Below are positions 39,535 to 50,069 of a stretch of DNA of 64,000 bases, piece by piece (position 1 is the stretch's first letter; every line of letters begins with the position of its first letter). The notes beneath the pieces are model-generated. The model ran no database searches, was not told the DNA's origin, and was given only the letters and a program-made list of their open reading frames with translations. This DNA is from Macrostomum lignano (Eukaryota): assembly GCA_002269645.1 (NCBI GenBank), contig NIVC01001761.1, positions 1 to 64,000 on the forward strand, written 5' to 3'. The position numbers and the translations under genes were made by a program.

Positions 39535-40065
39535 ATTTCCCTGTCATCGAGCTAGAAATTCCCTTGTCATCGAGCTAGAAATTCCCTTGTCATCGAGCTA
39601 GAAATTCCCCCGTCATCCAGCTAGAAATTTCCCCGTCATCCAGCTAGAAATTCCCCCGTCATCCAGCTAGAAATTCCCCCGTCATCGAGCTAGAAATTTC
39701 CCCGTCATCCAGCTAGAAATTCCCCCGTCATCCAGCTAGAAATTCCCCCGACATCGAGCTAGAAATTCCCCCGTCATCGACCTAGAAATTCCCCCGTCAT
39801 CGAGCTAGAAATTCCCCCGTCATCGAGCTAGAAATTCCCCCGACATCGAGCTAGAAATTCCCCCGTCCTCGACCTAGAAATTCCCCCGTCATCGACCTAG
39901 AAATTCCCCCGTCATCCAGCTAGAAATTCCCCCGACATCGAGCTAGAAATTCCCCCGTCATCGACCTAGAAATTCCCCCGTCATCCAGCTAGAAATTCCC
40001 CCGTCATCCAGCTATAAATTCCCCCGTCATCGAGCTAGAAATTCCCCCGTCATCCAGCTAGAAAC
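39535..40065. repeat. 23-bp minisatellite C(G/C)AGCTAGAAATTCCCCCGTCAT
   Basis: About 23 copies. Confidence 0.95.
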
Positions 40066-40694
40066 TGCCAGTCGAATTAAAAAATTCCTTTCACAGAATT
40101 AAACAGCCAGAAAAGTCGAGCCTCGGTTGCACAGAGTTGCAATAGCAAATTCGTTAAGTCAAGCCAGCCCAGTTTGGTCTCCACACAGTGGCCGCAGAGT
40201 TCTTCGCAGAAATTTTTAGAGAACTTTTTTAGCTCGGGTTGCTGCCGTCTCTCAGTGAGTTGTTTAGGTTGAGCTGGCAGCCCTCTGCCTGCCCGCATTC
40301 TCCGCTCTGCATCGGAGTCAAGCGCCCCCCCCCCCCACCTATTCTGCCCCGGGGGGACCCATTAGAAATTCACGGGCAGACATTTCGCACCAAGTGTTTA
40401 CTATTGAGAATAAGCGGCTCGTGTTTGCGTACTCATTGTGCTGCGCCTGTGCACTCCGATCTGTTGGGTGTGATGGAATTTCTGCCCTGCTGCTAGCTAC
40501 TGGCTCTAGTGCCTACCCTTTTAGCACAGGAAACTCCTTGCATATTACTAATCAGGCATATGTATCATAGGTGTCGTTTTTAGCTTTAAACTGTTTATTA
40601 GGCTAAGACTGCTCACAGCCATTCTCAAATAATTTCCTGTAATATTCTCTTTTTGGCTCAGTATTTGGCTCAGTACTCAGTAGTTTCCCCTCAA

Positions 40695-40965
40695 TCCCCT
40701 GTCATTCACTAAACCCTCAGATATGTTTCCCTGTCATTCACTGAACCCTCAGCAGTTTCCCTGTCATTCACTGAACCCTCAGCAGTTTCCCTGTCATTCA
40801 CTGAACCCTCAGTAGTTCCCCTGTCATTCACTGAACCCTCAGATATGTTTCCCTGTCATTCACTGAACCCTCAGCAGTTTCCCTGTCATTCACTGAACCC
40901 TCAGTAGTTCCCCTGTCATTCACTGAACCCTCAGCAGTTTCCCCTGTCATTCACTAAACCCTCAG
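40695..40965. repeat. 30-bp array CCCTGTCATTCACTGAACCCTCAGCAGTTT; last copy supplies the AG before the CK2 beta ATG
   Basis: 9 copies ending in CTCAG at 40720...40965. Confidence 0.9.
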
Positions 40966-40979
40966 CTCGCCGGCCGCCA

Positions 40980-42232
40980 ATGCGAATGGTTGACAGCGAC
41001 AGTCCCGCCAGCGCCGCGGCAAACTGGATTGCCGAGTTCTGCGACCGGCCAGGCAACGAGTTCTTCTGCAAAGTAGACGAGGACTACATCAGGGACCGCT
41101 TCAACCTCACTGGACTGGGCACGGCGGTGCCGAACTACCATCGGGCCATGAAGCTCCTGCTTGATGGCCCGGAACAGCTGGACTTGGCCAGCGACGACCC
41201 GCAGCTGGAGACTCTGCAGCGGAGTGCCGAGCTGCTGTACGGCTTGATTCACGTGCGCTTCATCATGTCCGTCCAGGGCATGCCGCAGATGGTGGCCAAG
41301 TGGATGCTGGGCCACTTTGGAGTCTGCCGCCGTGTCTTCTGCGAAAAACAGCGGGTTTTACCTGTTGGTGAGCGATTTCCAGGTATTCCTGTGCCTGTTG
41401 GTGAGCGATTTCCAGGTGTTCAGACGTGTTCCTGTGCCTGTTGGTGAGCGATTTCCAGGTGCTCCTGTGCCTGTTGGTGAGCGATTTCCAGGTGTTCCTG
41501 TGCCTGTTGGTGAGCGATTTCCAGGTGTTCCTGTGCCTGTTGGTGAACAGTTTCAGGGGGAGCGGTGGTTTCCAGCTGTTCCTGTGGGTTCAGGGGGAGC
41601 GGTGGTTTCCAGGTGTTCCTGTGGGTTCAGGGGGAGCGGTGGTTTCCAGCTGTTTCTGTGGGTTCCAGGGGGAGCGGTGGTTTCCAGCTGTTCCTGTGGG
41701 TTCCAGGGGGGAGCGGTGGTTTCCAGGTGTTTCTGTGGGTTCCAGGGGGGAGCGGTGGTTTCCAGGTGTTTCTGTGGGTTCCAGGGGGGAGCGGTTGTTT
41801 TTCCACTTTTTGCCAAGTCAAGGCTGCAGGGAAAAGGCCTATTCAATAATGCTCATCGATCAACCCGCAGGTCTGTCGGACATCCCAGGTGAGGCCACGG
41901 TAAAGGTGTACTGCCCCCGCTGCATGGAGGTGTACGTCCCCAACTCGTCCCGCCACTTGCACGTCGACGGCGCCTACTTTGGCACAGGGTTTCCCCATTT
42001 GCTATTTTTATCCCATCCGGAATGCCGGCCCAAGCCGCCAGCCAATCAGTTTGCGCCCAGCCTGTACGGCTTCAAGATTCACCCGCTGGCCTATCAGCTG
42101 CAGCAGGCGGCGGCCGCCGGCGCCCAGCGGCAGCACCGCGACTCCGGCATCGGCACCAGCGGCAACCCCGGGTCGACAGCCGTGACCGCTGGAGCCGCCG
42201 CTGCCGCTGCCTGTCCCGCATTCAAGCCGTGA
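40980..42232 (+). CDS. CSNK2B: Casein kinase 2 regulatory (beta) subunit, divergent; exons 40980-41367, 41871-42232
   Basis: WIAEFC...[46 protein letters not shown]...LPVG|[36 protein letters not shown]; four Zn-finger Cys present. Confidence 0.93.
41361..41800. repeat. Intronic arrays: 33-bp unit CCTGTTGGTGAGCGATTTCCAGGTGTTCCTGTG (contains the donor), grading into ~37-bp unit GGGGAGCGGTGGTTTCCAGGTGTTCCTGTGGGTTCA
   Basis: 6 copies of the first unit, then ~7 of the derived unit. Confidence 0.9.
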
Positions 42233-42644
42233 CAGATTGTTTAGCTTGAACCTTGGCCTTTCTTCTGCATTCGGAAAGTTCAACTGCAAATCCACACTGA
42301 ATGGCCCGCATTTCTATGGACTGAAGATTCCAAGCCTGTCTCAGTTGCCCACCCTCTGTGCTCAAATTTGAAAATTTTAATTCCATACTATGCTGAGGTC
42401 AGCGTTATTATGCTTTCCATAAATGGTAGTTGATGGATTGTCCTGTAATCTCAGCCAACCCGCAGGATTATAAATTTATTTTTAATGCTTTTCTCTGCCT
42501 ACTTTTGTTTTTTAATGATCTTTCTTGTCACCCGATGTCAGGAAGTTCACCTCGGTTCGAGTGGGCAATGTTTGTTTAAATGAGCTTTTAAAAACAGTTT
42601 TGACCTAATTTTTGTTTCTTTTCTTTCATTTGAAAACTGCAGTA

Positions 42645-42938
42645 TCCCAGAATCGGTCCTTCTACCCTGAGAATCGGTCCTTCTACCCTGAGAATCGGCC
42701 CTTCTACTCTCAGAATCGGTCGTTCTACCCTGAGAATCGGCCCTTCTACCCTGAGAATCGGCCTTTCTACCCTGAGAATCGGCCTTTCTACCCTGAGAAT
42801 CGGCCCTTCTACCCTGGGAATCGGCCCTTCTACCCTGAGAATCGGCCTTTCTACCCTGAGAATCGGCCCTTCTACCCTGGGAATCGGCCCTTCTACCCTC
42901 AGAATCGGCCCTTCTACCCCGAGAATCGGCCCTTCTAC
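42645..42938. repeat. 21-bp minisatellite GAGAATCGGCCCTTCTACCCT
   Basis: About 14 copies. Confidence 0.93.
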
Positions 42939-43047
42939 TGTAAGGAAAGTATTCATTTTTTTCAAAAAAACTCCATTGCAGCTACTGACAGGTCTGCAGT
43001 TAGTCAGTAGTATATCCGCAGAAAATATCGCATAGCATCTGTCGGCC

Positions 43048-43425
43048 ATGCTGTCCAGCCTGCTCAAAGAGCACCAGCGCCTGCAGTCGCAGCGTCGGGC
43101 TGCCCAGGACGCCCGCCGTGCCGAGGTGGCAACCGGTGTAGCGTCCTTGACAACGGCTCTGGTGGACGGGCTGAACAGCGGGGTGGCGCAGGCCTACGCC
43201 AACCAGCGCAGGCTGGACTGCGAGACCAAAGCCCTGCAGGCCAGCGTCACCACCTTCGCCCGCCAGACCGGCCAGTGGATCAAGCTGGTCGAGGACCTCA
43301 ACTCCGCGCTCAAGGAGATGGGAGACGTTGAGAACTGGGCCCGGAGCATGGAGAGGGACATGCGGATTGTGGTGGGCGCGCTAGAGAGCGCTTATGCTGA
43401 GCACGGACAGGCGCAGGCCCTGTGA
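43048..43425 (+). CDS. BLOC1S1: BLOC-1 subunit 1 (BLOS1/GCN5L1), intronless, 125 aa
   Basis: MLSSLLKEHQ...LVDGLNSGVAQAYANQRRLD..TK.LQ...FARQTGQW..LVEDLNSALKEMGDVENWARSMERDMR...ALE.AY. Confidence 0.95.
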   Translation: MLSSLLKEHQRLQSQRRAAQDARRAEVATGVASLTTALVDGLNSGVAQAYANQRRLDCETKALQASVTTFARQTGQWIKLVEDLNSALKEMGDVENWARSMERDMRIVVGALESAYAEHGQAQAL

Positions 43426-43429
43426 CTTC

Positions 43430-43935
43430 TGGCACTCTCCTGACACATTAGGCACTCTCCCAAAACATCCTATTGGGCACTCTCCCGACACACATGTATT
43501 GAGAACTCTCCCGATGCACCATATTGGTCACTCTCCCGAGATGTCATACTGGGCACTCGAATGACACTCGTCATATTGGGCACTCCAATGACACTGGTCA
43601 TATTGGGCACTCCAATGACACTGGTCATATTGGGCACTCCAATGACACTCGTCATAATTGGGCACTCCAATGACACTCGTCATAATTGGGCACTCCAATG
43701 ACACTGGTCATATTGGGCACTCCAATGACACTGGTCATATTGCGCACTCCAATGACACTGGTCATATTGCGCACTCCAATGACACTGGTAATATTGGGCA
43801 CTCCAATGACACTGGTCATATTGGGCACTCATATTGGGCACTCCAATGACACTGGTCATATTGGGTACTCCAATGACACTGGTCATATTGGGCACTCTCC
43901 TGGCAATGTACTCATGGATGAATTGGGCACTCCCT
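43430..43935. repeat. 27-bp minisatellite ATTGGGCACTCCAATGACACTGGTCAT
   Basis: Begins right after the BLOC1S1 stop codon. Confidence 0.92.
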
Positions 43936-44479
43936 GACTGTATATTGAATACTCATACTCAACTCTTTATATGGCATAATTTCCAACTCATTAATTCCGT
44001 TCAATATATCAAGTTGATGTACATTAAGAATTATTGATCTCTCGTATTTTCGCAATCAAATTATTTGTATTCCAATTCATACCTGTGCGCGTCTCAGATT
44101 TTATTAATTATAAGCCGCACTTATCGGTCTGTGTTAACTTTCTCATCATTTAAACAAAATCCAGATTAAATTCAATAGACACCAATAATTGAACTCTATT
44201 TCGCGGTGTTCAAAAGTCGTTTTTTACCCTGTGTTTGTCGCTTGTTTAACTATGCTCTTTTTGGCGCGAATTTGAATTTAATTGCCATATTTCAATACGC
44301 AAAATACACATTGAGCTGTTCAGTATGCTTGAACTCGGGCGGAGTACAGCTGTGTGGTCTATTCTTATTTTATACACCAATATCTTCTCAGTCAGCAGCG
44401 GCTCTGAAAAACCGGCTGCTTCGCCCGCCCCCCGCAGCTCCGGCCGCCGCAGACCTTCGCCTGAGCCCGCCGCCCATCT

Positions 44480-46187
44480 TTGAAGCCCGCAATTGTCGCC
44501 GCTCTGGCCGCAGCCGCCGCAGCTGCCTCGGTGGCCGGCGATCCCGCTGTCGTCGCTTCATCCGCCGCCGCCACCGTGGCGGCTGCCGTCGTCAACAGCC
44601 TGCAGTCGTCAGCGACCTCGACGACAACGACGGAGTCGCCGACATCGACAGCAGCCGAGAACGACAGCAAGACCGACTGCACGACTTGGCGCCGACTGTC
44701 CTGCGGTTGCCGACTGCGGATTCAGCGGCTGAGCGGCGGCGGCGGCGGCGGCGGCCTTCTCCGAGTCTGCGTCCGCCGCAGTTCAGCCGACGACGTCGAC
44801 AATCGGCGCGTCGGCTGGCGAATCGCCGCCAGCGTCACCCGGCTGGGCCTGGTGAGCCTCTGCCCGCTGCTGCTCTGCCTGCTGTCCACCTCGGCAGCAA
44901 CCTTCGGTGCCGCCTCCAGCAGCAGGTCTCAGTGGCACCGGCTGGGCTGGCAGCTCTGGTCCGTGCCGGGCCTGCCTGCCGGCCTCTGCTGCCTGGCGCT
45001 GCTCCTGCTGCTGCTCCACTCCGCTGCTCTGGCTGGCGGCGGCTTCTGCCTCCGTGCCGGCGCCGAGACCTCCGGCGAGACCCTGCTGCTGGCGCCGGGC
45101 CTCGGCCTGCAGCACTGCCGGCTGGACCGGCGAGGCCAAACTGTAAGGGCCCGGTTCATACCGGCTCAGGCTGTGCGGGACATCATTGTGCACGAGTTCG
45201 TCACCTTTGTGAGTCCGGTTAGGGACTCCGGGATTGGCTCTCTATGGTACATTACAGGCTCTCTATGGTACATTACAGGCTCTATGGTACAGTATAGACT
45301 CTCTATGGTACAGTACAGGCTCTCTATGGTACAGTACAGGCTCTCTATGGTACATTACAGGCTCTATGGTACAGTATAGACTCTCTATGGTACAGTACAG
45401 GCTCTCTATGGTACAGTACAGGCTCTCTGTAGTACAGTACACAGGCTCTCTTTGGTACAGTACAGGCTCTCTATGGTACAGTACAGGCTCTCTTTGGTAC
45501 AGTACAGGCTCTCTGTAGTACAGTACACAGGCTCTCTTTGGTACAGTACAGGCTCTCTATGGTACAGTACAGGCTCTCTTTGGTACAGTACAGGCTCTCT
45601 GTAGTACAGTACACAGGCTCTCTTTGGTACAGTACAGGCTCTCTATGGTACAGTACAGGCTCTCTATGGTACAGTACAGGCTCTCTTTGGTACAGTACAG
45701 GCTCTCTATGGTACAGTACAGGCTCTCTTTGGTACAGTACAGGCTCTCTATGGTACAGTACAGGCTCTCTTTGGTACAGTACAGGCTCTCTATGGTACAG
45801 TACAGGCTCTCTTTGGTACAGTACAGGCTCTCTATGGTACAGTACAGGCTCTCTTTGGTACAGTACAGGCTCTCTATGGTACATTACACAGGCTCTCTAT
45901 GGTACATTACAAGTTCTTTATCAAAGGTTACGACTTCTGTATTGTATACCACAGATTTCTTTAATTACAAAAATAGCTATGAAAATTCCCTAATTTCTGC
46001 AACAACCAAAACTTGCTACTCGCAGACGCGCGTGTTTCCTCTACTAACAGTAGTGCTGCGCGACACTTCGTCAAATGGCGGCAGCCCCAGCGGCCTCTAC
46101 CAGCTGTTCTCCGAATGCTGCCTGCCGCTGGCAGTTCAGGCCGAGATCTACCGCCGCGTTCAGGCACTGGGCGGTCTGACTGCGTGA
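44480..46187 (+). CDS. PIGH: GPI-GlcNAc transferase subunit PIG-H; exons ~44465-45208, 46026-46187; start codon unresolved
   Basis: Two TM-like segments, then ETLLLAPGLGLQ...RFIP...VRDIIVHEFVTF|TRVFPLLTVVLRD...LF....P..VQAEIYRRVQ; phase-0 GT-AG intron. Confidence 0.8.
45237..45910. repeat. 21-bp minisatellite GGTACAGTACAGGCTCTCT(A/T)T in the PIGH intron
   Basis: About 31 copies. Confidence 0.95.
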
Positions 46188-46359
46188 CCAACAGCTCATT
46201 GTTCCTTGCTGATGAGGCATTCCTTGAGCTGAACTGCCGCTGAGAATCCTGAGAATCGGCCTGATCTGATCCTCAGAATTGCCATCATCCCAATCAGTTT
46301 CTTGAATTGCCTCTAGCGCAAAAATTTTTTGCAAGAATTCCAAGTTTTCCAAGCTCCGA

Positions 46360-47425
46360 ACAGTTTCTAAGAATCGCTCTGAACAGTTTTTAAGAATCGC
46401 TCTGAACAGTTTCTAAGAATCGCTCTGAACAGTTTCTAAGAATCGCTCTGAACAGTTTCTAAGAATCGCTCTGAACAGTTTCTAAGAATCGCTTTAAATA
46501 GTTTCTAAGAATCGCTCTGAAAAGTTTCTAAGAATCGCTTTAAATAGTTTCTAAGAATCGCTCTGAACAGTTTCTAAGAATCGCTTTAAGCAGTTTCTAA
46601 GAATCGCTTTAAACAGTTTCTAAGAATCGCTTTAAACAGTTTCTAAGAATCGCTTTAAACAGTTTCTAAGAATCGCTTTAAATAGTTTCTAAGAATCGCT
46701 TTAAACAGTTTCTAAGAATCGCTTTAAATAGTTTCTAAGAATCGTTTTAAACAGTTTCTAAGAATCGCCTTAAACAGTTTCTAAGAATCGCTCTAAACAG
46801 TTTCTAAGAATCGCTCTGAACAGTTCCTAAGAATCGCTTTAAACAGTTTCTAAGAATCGCTTTAAACAGTTTCTAAGAATCGCTTTAAACAGTTTCTAAG
46901 AATCGCTTTAAACAGTTTCTAAAAATCGCTCTAAACAGTTTCTAAGAATCGCTTTAAAAAGTTTCTAAGAATCGCTTTAAACAGTTTCTAAGAATCGCTT
47001 TAAACAGTTTCTAAGAATCGCTTTTAATAGTTTCTAAGAATCGTTTTAAACAGTTTCTAAGAATCGATTTAAACTGTTTCTAAGAATCGCTTTAAACAGT
47101 TTCTAAGAATCGCTTTAAACAGTTTCTAAGAATCGCTTTAAATAGTTTCTAAGAATCGCTCTGAACAGTTTCTAAGAATCGCTCTGAACAGTTTCTAAGA
47201 ATCGCTCTAAACAGTTTCTAAGAATCGCTTTAAACAGTTTCTAAGAATCGCTTTAAACAGTTTCTAAGAATCGCTCTAAACAGTTTCTAAGAATCGCTCT
47301 GAACAGTTCCTAAGAATCGCTTTAAACAGTTTCTAAGAATCGCTTTAAACAGTTTCTAAGAATCGCTTTAAACAGTTTCTAAGAATCGCTCTAAACAGTT
47401 TCTAAGAATCGCTCTAAACAGTTCC
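46360..47425. repeat. 23-bp minisatellite AACAGTTTCTAAGAATCGCT(TTA/CTG)
   Basis: About 46 copies. Confidence 0.95.
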
Positions 47426-47939
47426 AAAAACCCTTTCGTTAAGGCAAAGACAGCCGCCTTCTGTACGTCGGTACCATCGCTGGTGTTTCATGTTTGCAAT
47501 CAAATGCAATAAAAATCTGTGCTATTTTTTACTTTTCTATGCAACGAACAGGGCCAAGCGATTTGTCTTTGCCAGTCGAGGCCCTCCAAAGCATTCGAGA
47601 CGCCAGTTGAGCATCCATTCAGTCTGCGAGTGCACAGAATTTGGCACCTACGAGCTAGATGTAGCACCTAAATTTGCTCACTTTTGCTCCTTGGCTTGTA
47701 GATTTATCTCCAATGTTTAATAGATTATCTCCAATGTTTAATTGATTGCTTGATTGCGATCAGAGGCCTGTCTTGTCGCTCTGAAAAACACTTGCAATCT
47801 TTTCTGTTCTTTTATATCTGCTTTTTCTATGCTCACTCTGAAATTTGGCAACTCCTTGTGCTTTTCTCGGATGCCCAGCTTTCTGCCACTGTACGTTTGG
47901 CAGCTGCTTCACTGCTAATTGCTTTCTGCTATGTCCTCA

Positions 47940-48980
47940 CCCCCCCCCTCACCCTGTCCTCTCTCCCTCTCACCCTGTCCTCTCCCCCTCTCACCCTGTC
48001 CTCTCCCCTCTCACCCTGTCCTCTCCCCCTCTCACCCTGTCCTCTCCCCTCTCACCCTGTCCTCTCCCCCTCACCCTGTCCTCTCCCCCTCTCACCCTGT
48101 CCTCTCCCCCTCACCCTGTCCTCTCCCCCTCTCACCCTGTCCTCTCCCCCTCTCACCCTGTCCTCTCCCCCTCTCACCCTGTCCTCTCCCCCTCTCACCC
48201 TGTCCTCTCCCCCTCTCACCCTGTCCTCTCCCCCTCTCACCCTGTCCTCTCCCTCTCTCACCCTGTCCTCTCCCTCTCTCACCCTGTCCTCTCCCCCTCT
48301 CACACTGTCCTCTCCCCCTCACACCTGTCCTCTCCCTCTCTCACCCTGTCCTCTCCCTCTCTCACCCTGTCCTCTCCCCCTCTCACCCTGTCCTCTCCCT
48401 CTCTCACCCTGTCCCCTCCCTCTCTCACCCTGTCCTCTCCCCCTCTCACCCTGTCCTCTCCCTCTCTCACCCTGTCCCCTCCCTCTCTCACCCTGTCCTC
48501 TCCCCCTCTCACCCTGTCCTCTCCCCTCTCACCCTGTCCTCTCCCCCTCTCACCCTGTCCTCTCCCTCTCTCACCCTGTCCTCTCCCTCTCTCACCCTGT
48601 CCTCTCCCCCTCTCACCCTGTCCTCTCCCTCTCTCACCCTGTCCCCTCCCTCTCTCACCCTGTCCTCTCCCCCTCTCACCCTGTCCTCTCCCCCTCTCAC
48701 CCTGTCCTCTCCCCTCTTACCCTGTCCTCTCCCTCTCTCACCCTGTCCTCTCCCTCTCTCACCCTGTCCTCTCCCCTTCTCACCCTATCCTCTCCCCTAC
48801 TCACCCTGTCCTCCCCTCTCACCCTGTCCTCTCCCCTTCTCACCCTATCCTCCCCTCTCAACCTGTCCTCTCCCTCTCTCACCCTGTCCTCTCCCCTTCT
48901 CACCCTATCCTCCCCTCTCAACCTGTCCTCTCCCCCTCTCACCTTGTCCTCTCCCCCTCTCACCTTGTCCTCTCCCCCTG
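47940..48980. repeat. 21-bp CT-rich minisatellite CTCACCCTGTCCTCTCCCCCT
   Basis: Seen directly. Confidence 0.95.
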
Positions 48981-49464
48981 TCCTTTAAAAGTTAACCTTT
49001 TTTGCAAGGTCACAACTCTGTGAATTCAAGGATAAAAAATTAGTTTTCTACTTTATAAAATAATTTTACAATTCATGGATCTGACAAGTTACTTATTCGT
49101 CTCCTTGGTTCCTATCTGCCTCTTCTGTCTCCAGCGCTGCCTCCTGTTCTTAACATGTGCGGAATCTTTGTTAAATCAACTTTTCTATTGATGTTTTCTA
49201 ATTGATTTCAAACTACAAGCCGTTACAGCGCTCATTTACTTGTCTGAATTGCTTTTGTCAAGAATGTTTTTGAAATCTTAAAAAATGTGATGTTGAGCTT
49301 GTGCTTCAGATTGTACAAGCTGCTTTCCACCTGTCTTTGCTGAAGTCTTTTATTTCTAAACTGCGACTGAAGATGGACTGAATTAAGTTTTGCTTTTAAC
49401 CCTTGACAATTCTTTAACCATAGAAAAGTAAAGTAACTAAGAGGGTCGCCCCTCCTACCAGCCA

Positions 49465-49995
49465 TTGGAATCGCATTCCCTAGCAACCGTGAAGAATCGC
49501 ATTCCCTAGCAACCGTTGAGAATCGCATTCCCTAGCAACCGTTGAGAATCGCATTCCCTAGCAACCGTTGAGAATCGCATTCCCTAGCAACCGTTGAGAA
49601 TCGCATTCCCTAGCAACCGTGAAGAATCGCATTCCCTAGCAACCGTTGAGAATCGCATTCCCTAGCAACCGTTGAGAATCGCATTCCCTAGCAACCGTTG
49701 AGAATCGCATTCCCTAGCAACCGTTGAGAATCGCATTCCCTAGCAACCGTTGAGAATCGCATTCCCTAGCAACCGTTGAGAATCGCATTCCCTAGCAATC
49801 TTTGAGAATCGCATTCCCTAGCAACCGTGAAGAATCTCATTCCCTAGCAACCGTCGAGAATCGCATTCTCTAGCAACCGTTGAGAATCGCATTCCCTAGC
49901 AACCGTTGAGAATCGCATTCCCTAGCAACCGTGAAGAATCGCATTCCCTAGCAACCGTGAAGAATCGCATTCCCTAGCAACCGTAAAGAATCGCA
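49465..49995. repeat. 26-bp minisatellite GAATCGCATTCCCTAGCAACCGTTGA
   Basis: About 20 copies ending ~75 bp before the UBOX5 ATG. Confidence 0.95.
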
Positions 49996-50069
49996 ATCCC
50001 CAGAAGTCACGCCAACCCCGCCCCCCACCGGCAGTTCCGAGCCAGCCTGCACCAACTGGCTGGCAGCCC

